Below the pieces are notes generated by a model that saw only the letters and a program-made list of their open reading frames with translations, made no database searches and had not been told where the DNA came from. Made by a program: the position numbers and the translations under genes. A stretch of 60,872 nucleotides of DNA, the filler included, from Sphacelaria rigidula (taxonomy: Eukaryota): the NCBI GenBank assembly GCA_964200075.2. It is 6 parts of 6 records of this genome, joined end to end, with 100 filler letters (N's around TTAATTAATTAA, not from the genome) between each part and the next. Parts side by side here need not be neighbours in the genome. Positions count along the whole stretch, not along the records: positions 40,651 to 50,711 come from CAXNAA020007227.1; positions 50,812 to 60,872 come from CAXNAA020007228.1; 4 more parts are not named here. The stretch is one strand, 5' to 3'. This document shows positions 47,101-59,461 of this stretch, one piece after another. The first letter of the stretch is position 1. Each line of letters starts with the position of its first letter.

Positions 47101-50100
47101 GGAGGGAGACAAGCTGGGAGAGGGGAAGAGGAGGAACTGTTCTATCCTGGTAGCGAAGGGGTGCGACTACCGTGGCCGATGAAACGCGCGTAGATGACTA
47201 TGGTACGGATGCAGTCGTCTTTCCGAGGGTGAGAAGCGGAAGGCTGGAACTATTGCTGCATCAGATCAGCAGTAAGACTCACGTCATAACGGGATATGAT
47301 TTATCGAAAAGGGCATGGTCATCAGAAACAAGTCGACACCGTGCGCGGTCTCTGAGTATTTATCTGAACTCAAACGAACTGCTCACTACACCTCGGAATG
47401 TCTGCACATGATATGATGCCTCGTCTTCAGCTCTCGTCAGGTTTCAAGGTTATGTTTTCCAGATACGCGGATGCCACCAGAAAAAAAAAGGGATACCATC
47501 TCTGCATACATCAGGAAACACCACACCAAAAAGGGTCCGATCAAGTTTCCATTTCAACAGCTTCCTCAGAGGGTGGGGAACACACCATACGATGTACATA
47601 TTTTGTACCCCTTCCTTTCCCCCCTCCCCGGCTTGACGACGAGCGGTTGATAATTTTACGATTCGATGCACTCGCGACATGATCATCCCTCCCCTCCTCC
47701 GTCCCCTTCCCCACCCCCTGCCCGTGTCTCATAGCGTGCTGAGCTCACTTGGCGTCGTAGCTGATGTTATCCCACTTGGGGGCGGAGAACTCGAAGTGTC
47801 CATCGGCTATGGCCCTCTTGAGCTCGCCAGCAGAAGACACGGGGAACGGCATGTGGCCGCTGAGCAATACGAAGGTTATCACGCCGATGCTCCACATGTC
47901 GCACGCGTTATCGTAGGTGCTTCCCGTCACCACCTCGGGCGCCATTGTGTACAGCGTGCCCACTACCTCATCCATCTGCTCGTGGTTGACGATCTTCGAG
48001 ACAGTAATGGAAAAACAAGAGACACGGAGGCGTCAGAGGGCGGACGGGGGATAGGGGTGTGGCCGCGGATTTATCATCACAGTGGTTACTGTTACAACAC
48101 TATGCGATTTTCTACTACCGTTACTGATACAGTAGATCATGCTCTTCCCCGGCTTCGGTACGTCATCATCTACTATCTTGGCCGGTCAACATCGGATAGT
48201 TGCTGTGTCGGGTCACCAATTAGGCCGTGCTAGATCATCTCGGCTGTTACTAGAGGCGGTACAGACCATTCACTCACCACCCCCGTCGTTTGACAAAATT
48301 GGCAACCACGAGCAGTCGTCGCCCTGTCGGCACCATCATTGCTATTCTCGATAACCCTGGCTGCCACGAACATCTCGTCCAGCACCACCGGTACTAACCT
48401 TGGAGAGGCCGTAGTCTATGATGAAAATATCCGAGTCTGCGGCCTTGCTCTCATACACCACGTTCTCCAGCTTCAGATCTCGATGACAGATGCCTTTCTG
48501 GTGCATGTACACCGTTGCTGACAACAACTGATACGCAGCAAGTCGCAAATGCAAGAGAGCACAGTTAGAGGGGGAAAAAAAGGAAAAGGAAACAAAAAAA
48601 TACAGCGGGGGATTGAATAAATTCATACCTTCTTCCTTCAAAGGATCACCACCAACAAATATAATGAACAAATATACAAGGGTTGCCGCACGGGATTCGG
48701 CGATTTTTCATCACGATTATGCTGACGGCGATGGTACGTCTCACACCCAACAAAGCCGGAGCATGTTGACCGATCTATGGGCCGAGACATAGAATAATTT
48801 TTCGATCCATATTGTCTTTCCCTTGTCCAAAAACTAAAATTCAACAAACCACCAAATTTCATTCCCAACCAACCAACCAGTTGATTAATTTGTTTGTCTT
48901 TCCCTTGCCCAAAAAATAAAATTTTACCCGAACCAATCATCCGACCATCCAACCATCCATCCTCAAACAATATCTAATTAATTAATTTATAGTACAACTG
49001 TATGAACAAAACAAAAAAAATCATGACAATTTTCTTGTCTTTCCTTTTCCAAAAACAAAAAGTGAACCAAACAACCAAAATTCAAACATTTATTATGAAC
49101 AAAAAATTCAACCAATCAAATTTTTCTTCCCCTTGTCCAATAACGAAAAAAAATTAAACAACTGAAATCCAAACATTCATTAATATACGTTAGTATACAA
49201 GAAAAACGAGAGAGAGAAAAATGCATTAAATCGGACAATCTCTGCGCCGTGTAGAGCAGCAAGATGATTTCGCAACGCCATTTTCAGTCGGTCATCCCTA
49301 GAGTAAACCTTTCCGACACGCCTTCATTTACTGGGGTGCGTACACCGCTGACCCTATCGGCCTATATAATCTACGTGGGGGATGCTGTACAATAAGGTTC
49401 TTCGAACAAGGCTCTTTTCACCTTGGTGACGATGTTAGCTACGGCCTTTTCAGAGTACGGGGTCCGCGCGCGCAAATCCCCGCCCGTGCAAAGCTTCATG
49501 ATGAGATACATCGTGTCGTTCGCCTCGAACGTTTCGATCGCCCCTGAAGCAGCAAAAAGAGCAAGAAACGAAAAGGTGGGCGGGGGCACCAGCAACATCG
49601 GTGATGGGAGGGATGGAGGGAGAGGGGGGGGGGGGGGGGGGGGATGCCCGTGCTCTTGGTGCTGGGATTCGTTGTGGATAGGTTGGTTTCATTAACGAGC
49701 GTTTCAACCACGATAATCGGATCGACTGTACATACGAGGATACATCTCCTAGCAAACAACCAACGCCTAGAAGTTGTGAACATTGACAAAACACCCACAG
49801 CATACAGTGTGCCTTACCTACCCCGCAATCTATTCGATAGCGCTGCAAAAAAACAAGTTTATACTGTATACATATATTTATATATGTACAGTGCGATATA
49901 ATAGTGAATCCTTTGATACCACAACGACTCACACCTTCACCCATCCGTGTAAGAGATGTTGCAATCATTCAACTCACTTTCACATCAACACAAATCATGA
50001 CCATGTGTTGATGAGTAACATCTCACAGCTGGCTGGCACCACTGCATTAGCGTATCAAAAGCTCCTTGTCTACAAAGCGTGGAGGCGTCGGTCGCCCCCC

Positions 50101-50269
50101 AAGATATACTGAAACTCACGGATGGTGTTCGGGTGATCCAGCCTCTTCAGGATCTCGATCTCGTTACGCATCTCCCTGAGTATGCTCGGCGAGATCTTTC
50201 CGAGCTGTACGGTCTTCATGGCGTACTCAATACCCGTCTGTCGATGTCGCACCTTGGAAACCATGCCCA
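40947..50269 (-). CDS. Calcium-dependent protein kinase (CAMK-group kinase + EF-hands), both ends missing from the scaffold
   Basis: Phase-consistent exons 50269-50120, 49543-49422, 48527-48399, 47993-47749, 46751-46685, 46466-46341, 42054-41893 and 41147-40947. Motifs: [60 protein letters not shown], junction [23 protein letters not shown] loops [36 protein letters not shown]. Confidence 0.95.
41632..41794 (+). repeat. 81-bp tandem duplication inside a small inverted-repeat element
   Basis: AGCAGCCAACCCAGTGCTGTTGTT...GGTGATGTGCGA x2, flanked by GGGGTATACCC-containing inverted arms. Confidence 0.9.
41893..42054 (-). CDS. CDPK exon (EF-hand 1)
   Basis: [11 protein letters not shown]...[25 protein letters not shown], phase 0-0. 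Absent from the ORF track in this frame. Confidence 0.92.
42293..46250 (-). mobile_element. Decayed near-full-length RTE-type LINE in a CDPK intron
   Basis: APE remnants ([25 protein letters not shown]) and RT remnants ([79 protein letters not shown]), with many frameshifts and a short-repeat 3' tail at 42293-42440. Confidence 0.9.
46341..46466 (-). CDS. CDPK exon (junction/autoinhibitory region)
   Basis: HRWIREW...[13 protein letters not shown], phase 0-0. Confidence 0.9.
46685..46751 (-). CDS. CDPK exon (subdomain XI)
   Basis: [22 protein letters not shown], phase 2-0. Confidence 0.92.
47015..47100. repeat. Dispersed repeat shared with 7458-7520
   Basis: GAGACGGAGCACCGTTCC..CTCCTAATAGAGAC occurs in both. 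Confidence 0.75.
47749..47993 (-). CDS. CDPK exon (activation segment to subdomain X)
   Basis: [12 protein letters not shown]...[16 protein letters not shown], phase 0-2. Confidence 0.95.
48399..48527 (-). CDS. CDPK exon (catalytic loop)
   Basis: [17 protein letters not shown]...IIDYGLSK, phase 0-0. Confidence 0.95.
48810..49190 (+). repeat. AT-rich degenerate minisatellite in a CDPK intron
   Basis: Four TGTCTTTCCCTTG(T/C)CCAAAAA-like motifs at about 48813, 48895, 49036 and 49124. Confidence 0.7.
49422..49543 (-). CDS. CDPK exon (subdomain V)
   Basis: [24 protein letters not shown], phase 1-0. Confidence 0.92.
50120..50269 (-). CDS. CDPK exon (kinase subdomains I-IV)
   Basis: [20 protein letters not shown]...DHPNTI, phase 1-1. 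Confidence 0.92.
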
Positions 50270-50613
50270 CTGGTGGAACAAAGGCAACGGATATCCCAAA
50301 AAAGGAGCGCGGGGAAAAACGCATGGACTAAATGACAGGAATGCTGTACCGTAGTGATGAATCGTGCCGACAGGTGGGCCGGGCCTGCTCACCATGGAAG
50401 GGTCGGACATTTCTTCTCTCGGCGGCCGAGTTGATTTTTCGACTTTTTTTTTCTCCCACGTGCAACCACCCAAACGAGTTGTCGCTGGAAAATGGATCAC
50501 AAGCGATAATCTCGAGTCTGAAGTAAATATCGAATTCGAAAACGACGCATTGGAAGCGTTCCCACTAGTTCATTTCTCGGCACCGAACCATGCACTCAGA
50601 GACGGAAAGTTCG

Positions 50614-50644
<31 letters not shown>

Positions 50645-50711
50645 TTCCGGCCACCCCCTTTCTCCTCTCTTCTTTTTTTCTTTTTTTTTTTTTTTTTTTT
50701 ATTTATTTTTT

Positions 50712-50811
50712 NNNNNNNNNNNNNNNNNNNNNNNNNNNNNNNNNNNNNNNNNNNNTTAATTAATTAANNNNNNNNNNNNNNNNNNNNNNNNNNNNNNNNN
50801 NNNNNNNNNNN
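50712..50811. other. Artificial scaffold-joining linker
   Basis: Same 44N-TTAATTAATTAA-44N structure. Confidence 0.98.
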
Positions 50812-50831
50812 CATGGCGCTTTGGCCTGGGT

Positions 50832-50863
<32 letters not shown>

Positions 50864-51336
50864 GCAGCAGTAGGCACATGCATGCGCACATAGTGTACGC
50901 ACACGCCCCACGTACCCTGCATGTGTAGTAGGAATTTGTTCGTCACCACCGGGGTATATTCAAGTCTGTGAAACTCGACGGGCCGTGCGAGTGCTCGTCC
51001 ACTGCTCGACACAAGAAAGCGCGCGACGGGTACCAAAGGAGACAGTTGCTTGATCCGAGAAGAAGGAGTCCTGCCGTGAAAAGGGTGGGGTCAGAAAGAC
51101 AAAGAAATAATGGGCGCCAGTGTGCTATGATACTTTACGCCACCGATACAGACAACCGGCGGTAGATACAACTGATTTCGACTGAAAACATGACACCACC
51201 GACGCCTCCACGGCCACCTCCCCCTGACTCTCCAGGCTTGCCGCTGCGTCGAGTTGATCACAGCCAACGTCCCAACGCCACCACTTGCCTCCCCTGTTCG
51301 AGACGCCTTCGCCGTGCGCTGGATCTTGGCATGCAT
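50812..51336 (-). CDS. Possible 5' part of an unknown spliced gene, cut by the scaffold end
   Basis: Phase-consistent exons 51336-51200, 51070-50916 and 50825-50812. No recognisable domain, and the first donor is weak. Confidence 0.3.
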
Positions 51337-52721
51337 GAGCGTGATTTCGACGTTAATTCCTTACGAAACACTTATTTACGTGGAGGGGAAATATAATACC
51401 ATTCCAGTATAGAAGACCCTTCATGAGGCGAGAGGTCACACAACAAGATGGGGGGGGCTTAACATTTTCCTGCGCAAATGAACGTTACGTTGCACACTTT
51501 AGTAACACAAACACTTGCTTGGAAAACGTCTTCTGTGGCAAATCTACCATTGTACACTACAAATGAGAGAATTGGTAACACATTCTCGCAGGAACACTTA
51601 ACGAACGAACACGTGAACACATCTCTTACAACGGGTTCAACAGCGACGAACTGGGACGAGTCAACCAATTTGGACGCGAGGCTGCCTCCGGGAACACATC
51701 GCCGACTGACTTTCGATGCTGACAACGCAAGCATCGCCTACTACATCGACGTCATACCATGTATTTCGCAATACATGATCTCCCACAACTCGTGCAACGT
51801 TACACCAAAACAGCTGTTCGTCAGATATTCCCAGTGATCGAAACATTCCCAGTGATCCGACAAGGCCCGACCTGTGACATGCCGCGCCCAACAAGTTGAG
51901 GTGAAAACGCACACACGCACACTTCGCATTCACGGGGTTCCCATCCCCAAACCCCCTACAACGATCCAGTATAGGCTCCAGTTCCCAGTATGACCAGAGA
52001 CGCTCACTATGTCCGATTTCCCGACAGACAAGTCCAGAAAACGCACGAACAATATGTGCTTCATGCTGAATCCTCGAAACTTCTCCATTTTGGTATCAGG
52101 CAAAGCGATTAGCCAACCACTGAATAACACCCAACGCGTTCATCAGATGTTCCCTATATCGATCCAGGACGCACCGGATCCTCGTGCAAATACACCAGAT
52201 ATTTCTTTTAGCCAAATCGGGTAAACGGATACCTGGCAACATTTGAGATAATGGGATATCGGATATTTCGACATGAACTAAATCGGGTACAAATTTGGGC
52301 AAGAGGGGTTCGGTTACGTGGGGACGAAAAAAAGGTACACTGTTCACACGAACGATGGCCATTTACCAGCGTATCACCGACACACTTCAGGACCGAAAAC
52401 ATAAATCGGTACAGGTCTATCCACAGAGAGGAAAGGCATCCTTTTCACGGTATTCGGCACCACATCACAACATTCATGACGAAAAAGATACCCACATCCT
52501 CCAAGTATGGGTGCATCATGCGCCAGAAACATTATCGGATCATCGACGGCGAGAAACACGAGAGAGACGTTGATTCAATAAAAGAAGAGTATGGGACTTG
52601 ACAAAAACTTTAAGACACGAGCTGGGGGAGGAGAGGACAACAGGGGTCGTAAAAAAATGAGAACAAAAACAAACGCCAAATCATACCAAACTGAATGAAA
52701 ACCACAAACCAAATCAACCCA

Positions 52722-55700
52722 TCAGGAGACCCGACAACTCGGAACAGAATCAGCAGTGTGTGGATCTTGATTCACTTCTACCGCTCGCTTTCTCCCCCCG
52801 TCCCCCGGCGAATTTGACAATCGGCTGCGCTGCCCCGACGCTGACGAACCCGAAGCTGACGGTGATGGTGGCGTAGTAGGGGTGCAGGCACCGCGATGCA
52901 CGCGTTTTGGAGATCTGCTTGCATTGGTCGGGGGTGCGATGGATTCGCGTGCGCAAAAGCGATTCAACAAAATACGTGTACACGCAAAAGCAGAGGGATA
53001 TCAGGCATAAATACACCGCAAAAAAACGAGCACCCGATTCCTGCACCATTTGAGGCAAACATATATAAGATGGTACTGACTGAAAAATGGATCACTCCTG
53101 TATGTAGCAACACTATTATAACAGAATCGAAGCAATTTTACATATCAATGCGATGGATGAGCATAGTAAATCGGGGGCATTCATCTGCGGGCAGGAAAAA
53201 AAGGGGAAAACGCCATTTAGTAGGGCTGTGAACTGCACCAGTTTGTACTGGCAGTTAAACTGGAACTGGAGTTTACCTGGAACTGGTGACGATGGCTCCA
53301 GTTCATCCAGTTAACTTGAAGTTTGCCATTACTGGCTATGTTTATATCATTTTTAGTATGGTGAGTTTACAACAAAGATGCTGACATGATTACGAACAAA
53401 ATGACAGTAGGATTGGGGTCCGTACCTGACAAGAGTACAGGTACAGCCCGTACAACAGTACAGTACTCGTGGTCACTACATCTCGAAGTGATATTGCGGA
53501 TATATGCCAGGTTTGTCGTTTCACAGCACGACATCTGGAATCAAAAATAGCAAACAAATGGTAATCCGCGACCACAAAATACAAGGTACACCATGGCTTG
53601 CACTTCAACTACATGCGTGCTTGTGGCTCCGGACGTGAATCATTTTGCGCTGTCATCCCCGCGTGCTGGGCTGGCTTGTTTGCAACTTCCTCTCCTCACG
53701 CAGAGTCTGCTGCTGCATCTTACAGATGAATGATTTTCGAATCGCTGACCGCTTTGAATGGGATTCGAGTGTCATCCGAAAGTGCCTCAGAGAAACAGTC
53801 CAAGACCCTATGCCCCTTTTTTGAATCCTGGAGTTCTTGGAGGGGGGTGGGGGGGGGGGGGGGGGGGTTACTGAATTCCATACATGAATACAAAACTAAA
53901 ATGTACTTTATATAAAAATTAAAATTCGTGTTGATGAAGCTTTAATTCTTCGGTAAATAAAAATGTTTCATTGGTGGTTTTCGGCAATGCATAGCACATC
54001 ACACTTCCACGACAAGAACAAGACCAGACAAATACCACTATGCTCTGCGATGCTTGCTCAGTCAAGCTAAACATGTTCATCTACATTCTCAATTTGCGTC
54101 CAATGTGCGTCGCATTTTGTGTTGGCAGATACGGCCAACAATCATGGGTGCTACCTCACTCAAGTCGCCCTAAAATGGCTATTTATTGAGTATTCCTTCA
54201 TGTGAAAGAAAAAAAGCTACGACCGCCAGATGGGGGAAGGAGGAGGGGTGTGTGTGTGTGCATAGAGTCTCGGAGTTATTTTTCGGGGCACTCCTGTGTC
54301 ATCTACTACTTTTGGCTCCTCAATATGAGGGGTCACATTTCCTACAATGTTTCACATTTTGGAAGGAAAAACAAGCCAAATAACGTAATTTTTCTCGCCT
54401 CCGGCGGAGCTCCCGCAGGGCCCCCTCACCAGCCGGGGGGGGGGGGGCTTGAAGGCTCGCGGCTTTGCCCCTCGCCGCCGATTGTTTTCCAGTTCATCGG
54501 CTTCGCCGATCAACTGGAAAACAATCGATGTACTGGCCGCGCCAGCGGCCAGTTTGAACTTAACTGGCTAGAGCAGCCAGTTCACAGGCCTACCATTTAG
54601 GCAAATGAAGCTAGAACACGAAAAATCACCTCATTTCTTGTCATCCACCCCCCGCCCGCACCCCCACCTTTTGCCGGGGCTGGAAAACACGGGAAAACTC
54701 ACCCGCTGGTGCCCCCTGTAACGCTGCTGATGCCCTTGAAGTAGCATGCCGTCAATAGCAGCGTATTCAAAGCCTCTACTCTCTCAATTCCGTTCGCAAA
54801 GCTACCTAGTTCCTCGTGCACCTGTCTCAACATCGCGGCCACCCTCTCTCCCTCTCCGACGTCAACCATCGTCACTCCCTCATCCTTCTGCCCCACCCCC
54901 ACCCCGGCCACCTCATCTTCGACATCATGCTTCCCCAAACTGTGCGTCAAAATTCGGCCCAGTAATCGCGCAGCCATTTCTCCATTTCTCAAGGGAGGAA
55001 CAGCCTTCGGCTCTTCGGTCGAGTTTCGAGATGGGTCGCCGGCTACGCCGTGGCGACATGAACTCACCCCACCGCGCGGGGAGCCACTATCCACTTCCGC
55101 AGCGGTCGCGGTCCTCGCCCCCGGGTCTTTCGGCGCCTGCGTGGGTGGCAGGGGAGGTGGTGGCGGCGATGGAACTGTTTCTGCTGCTGGGATAAATCGT
55201 GACGCCTCGTCGTGTAGGGCTTGCAGGAGCGTGGCGACCATGGCGGAGATGTTGTCCAGGTGGGTCTCGGCATCTGCAGACCAAAGCAGGTCGGCTACCG
55301 CGAACACATCGTTCTCTGCTTGATTATCACTGTTGCTGTCGCCATCTTTGTTCGTGGTGATTTCTTCGCCCGGCTTATCCTGCTGATGGTGATGTCGATG
55401 TTGCTGACCATGACGTTGACCTTCTCCGGACATCACCGGCGAATGTTCTCCCGCTCCGGGAATGACCAACGCCGACCTCGCTTGCCGTTCCGTCAGAGTC
55501 CTATTTTCGCCATCGTCAAAGTCAGCGGAGTATCCTTCATCCGTCTGATACTGCGAAACAGCTGTTGGTGCCCTCTCCGGGTCGATCTTTTCCACGGCCG
55601 CGGTGTAAAAAGGGGTCAGCGATTTCGCCGCACATTCGACCGCCCGCGAGATGGACCGTCCCAGCGACGGAGAAGAACTTCCTTCCATTTCTTGGCGTTC

Positions 55701-56758
55701 TTTTTGTTCCTGCTCAACTACTGAAAAGGGTGAAGACGGTGTGTCCAAGGAAGACCCTCCGCTTTGCGTGTTGCAAGACGAGATATCGATCGTCGTCGCT
55801 GCTTCTGATTCCGGGGCCGATTCTGCACATTGTTCTTCACCCACGCAAGACTTTCGTTTCGTTTCTCCTTCGTCGTTCGTATTGGCTGTCGGGCAAGTGA
55901 CCTGGAACGGCGCTAATCCAGACAGCGGGGCGTTCGGTAGCACGGAGTCGGTACCAACACCACCACCAGCGGTCGCAATATCAGCGATGGGTGGAGACAA
56001 GCTCTGGAAGACAAACGATGCTGTTGTTTGGCTCTTATCGACACCGCCGTCACCCCTATTGACGCCGTTGCTGGGATTATCGCCGTTGTTGTCAAGGATA
56101 TCTCCAAATGTTGCGCTTGCGTTTCCGCCGAACTCTCCGTTGCTGGAATTCCCCACAGCCTCCCCTCCGCACCTTGCCTCCTGTTCGTCTCCGCCCACCA
56201 TACGCGGTGGCATTGGGGCAGTTGGATTGGTCGAGCTCGTGGGTGGACTGAGCCCGCCGTTTGGAACCTGTGTGCCCGATTCTGCTGCGGAGGAACCGTC
56301 GGCTAATGCCAAGTATAACGTCGTCGGCACCCCTGATGGGATGATGCATGTACCAGTAGGAAAAGCACACAACATAAGTGAGAGTTAGTTGGTTGTAGAG
56401 GGCTTCATGTACTGTAAGGAATAGCAAGGACGGTATTGGAATGACGAGCCTACGTCTGTGACCCCGAGTTCAAGAGATCGGACTACTGCGCGGAAAAAAA
56501 AATGAAAATGAAGTGGTTTGTTGTGTGTGACAAACCAGTCAAGTCTTGAGCATCCCTCGTTGGGTATCCGTCGAACCTTCAAATAAATGCAGCTCAAACT
56601 AGATGTTAGATACAACAGAAACCATGCAGGGGAAGCGAGAAATGGGAGACGGTTGCTCGCATGTTTTTCAAACAAAAAGAACACATATACTTGATGGCAT
56701 TTCAGAAAGCGTCCACTCAATCCTCCGGGAACTGATGCCATCTTGCCCGAGTGCAAAT
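52722..56758 (-). CDS. Unknown protein, largely low-complexity (5'-incomplete model)
   Basis: Phase-consistent exons 56758-56691, 56332-54703 (open for over 540 codons, donor GG|GTGAGT) and 52914-52722, ending in TGA. Confidence 0.7.
53221..54592. mobile_element. Non-autonomous hAT element (1372 bp), intronic
   Basis: TIR TAGG(G/C)CTGTGAACTG, perfect 8-bp TSD CCATTTAG (53213-20 and 54593-600), AACTGG/CCAGTT subterminal repeats. Confidence 0.93.
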
Positions 56759-57741
56759 CTGCATCACGCAGGGTTATCAGCATACAAGTAAAAAGCATCA
56801 GTGCTTTCCTCGAAACGTTGCCCACGGTGATGTTCTCGCCGTCCATCGGGTCACGCCACGATACAGGCCGGTGCAGCCTAGAAACGGGATCGAGCTCTCA
56901 AAGCAATATCTCATCGACACAAACGAGTTGGGCCGTGATTTGCATATCGCATTAATCATATCATCAGGGGGAAGGTGCCCATCTACTCAACAGTCTAGGC
57001 CATTTTTTTCTCGTTAATTAAACCCCATGTCTAGCAATTTAAATACCGTACGGAGATAAGGTCGTTATTAGAGTCTATGTGAAACCCCGAACGATGTATA
57101 CAGCGGATGATTTGGGGTGTGGACTTTTTCTGAAGCACGGGAAACGATAGACACCCTCACCTTCACCCAGCTCGTCATTTATCTCGAGATATGGCGCACA
57201 TAAGGTCATCTATTAGAAACAATAAATTACGAGCACAGGCTCTACATGCACTGAATCTAGATATCGCTTCTCAGTTTCTGAGAGTTGTGCTTTAAATTTT
57301 TGTGTGGAGAAGCTCGTGCATATTGGAAGTGAAAGAATACTTTTTCCTTCATTTTCTTTGATATTGTTTTCTTCACTTTTTTTTTTGTTTTCTAGGGGAT
57401 TTTTGAGGGAAAAGATTGCTCTGAGACCTCATCTCAGTTTTGAACTCAATTTTTGGAAATGTGATTTGAAACTTAGCATGGAGAACCACAGAGGTATGCT
57501 GAGTAAAAATAATGAGCCTTCAATTTGTTTTTGCAGAGGTTAGGGCGTTCTCGTGGGAAAATGGTCGTAACCATACTAGAAGGCCCTTAACAAGTAAAAA
57601 ATCGAATAACCTTACCCACGTTTTGCTTCATTATGCCCCAGCGAGATCCTACACAACATCTCAATAGATAAACACTAAACGTGAGCCGGTAAGTGGCCTG
57701 CAAAATACTGTTCCGAATATCTACCGACCCGGTTACTAAAT

Positions 57742-57979
57742 GGCCCATTCTCACTTCAACTTTTAGAGTTGGACCCTGAACTTTGGCATGAACAACGAAG
57801 AGGGCATAATTGAAAAAAACAAACAGACCCAAATATTTTGTTTTTTCTTCATGAGTTCAAATGCCGCTAAATCATGGGGAAAAAAATGTGGGTCTATCGA
57901 TAATATTTCAATTGTGCTCTATTCATTGTCCATACCAAATTTTAGAGTCCACCTCAAAAAATTGAGGTGAGAATGGGCC
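57742..57979. repeat. Imperfect palindrome (foldback MITE-like)
   Basis: GGCCCATTCTCAC.TCAA.TTTT ... AAAAATTGAGGTGAGAATGGGCC. Confidence 0.85.
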
Positions 57980-59461
57980 TGCAAACTACAATTCCGCTCC
58001 TACGCTGGCCCCTCGCAGGGGGGGGGGGAGGGGGGGGGGTGTACTCATGATCGTAGGGGGGTGGGGGGATGGATATCTTGCGCCATATCTCATGCGAAAT
58101 TCCACGTCAAACCGTCGTTGGAAGCAACAATGGTTGTTCAAGCGCGCTTGTTACCGATAAATAACGCTCATACACACTGATTGGCACCATTTCTACCCAA
58201 ATACAAGCGCACCGCGAGTGTGGTAGGTAGTCTGACACACCAATAAGCCCTGTTTTCGTGGAATCAAATCCCCCCCATCCCCCCCCCGGCCCCTCATATC
58301 GTAGCATGGCTCCATTGCCGTATGTGAAGCTTATTCGCACGAATTTCCGAATCCAACAGCCTACCCTACGGCGATATCGGAAAGCCATATTCCATAATCC
58401 ATTACCGGGGTATTCCACAAGTCTACACGTGTCCACAACCGCGACGGGACCATATCTCCGTCGGCATAGTTCCGAGAATATCTATGGATCCCTCCTCTCC
58501 GTTCCAGGAATGTTCATGTCCCCGGCATAGTTCCGGCAATGTCCCCTCAGAAACGCTTGTCTATCCTCTCTGGTCAATGCCCATCCTGTACCCGGAGTAA
58601 TAGTCATACTCCAACTCGAGGTGATGCCTCTCCAGACACCCCTCAAGATCACTCCTCCTCTCGACTCTGGAATCCCTCTCCACACAAGAACGAACTGTCT
58701 AGGCACGTCCCACAGCCAAGCCCATGGCTCCCGACACTACTTCTCCCACACGCAGGGGTAGCAGCCTCATTGGCGTCGACGGTAAGACAAATAGCCTTAT
58801 AATAGTGTACCGCGATTCCGTCCTACCGTGCCCTGCACATCTTCCTTTTCGCACTTTTCGCTTTCAACGGTCGAACACCTTTGTCGCAGTCGGCAAAATT
58901 TGACAAGAAAAAAAAAAATAAAACAGCTCTATTCCAACCCGCGGTCGAGAGCGTTGACCCGTCCTTCCATAAAGACACTGAACATCTGCAGCGGCATGTT
59001 TCGGCTACAATACTCGATTGTGTTCACACCAATAGCGGAGAGAAAAACAAGGCCAAGCAGTCGAAAACAGAGGTACCATCGTCAGGATTGCGAACTGAGG
59101 AACATGATAGAATCACCTATATTTTCCGAAAGGCACCAGGGGGCACTCAAAGTCGCGTTTCGACACGCGATCATTTTGTGCGGATGCGCCCTTGTATACG
59201 TTGAAAACGACGGCGTGAGAAAGAGGCGTTACTCCTTTGACGTCACTTTGAAAGAACGAGTCACATCGACGCATACTCCCTCCATAGTACTCATTGAGAT
59301 TTTGACAACCACTAAGGCTCTCTGGCTTGGCCTTATCCGCAGCACCCTGTGGGTAGGGTGACCATGTTCGGATCCGACTGCGCCACGAGTTGTGCGCGCA
59401 AGCGGTACGCATACCACAAACGAAAAAATAGTCACATGCCGACTGAAGTATTTCCGCAGGG

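Noticed and set aside
50812..51336. Apparent N-terminal exons of the CDPK
   Set aside because: They lie across an artificial linker on a different scaffold.
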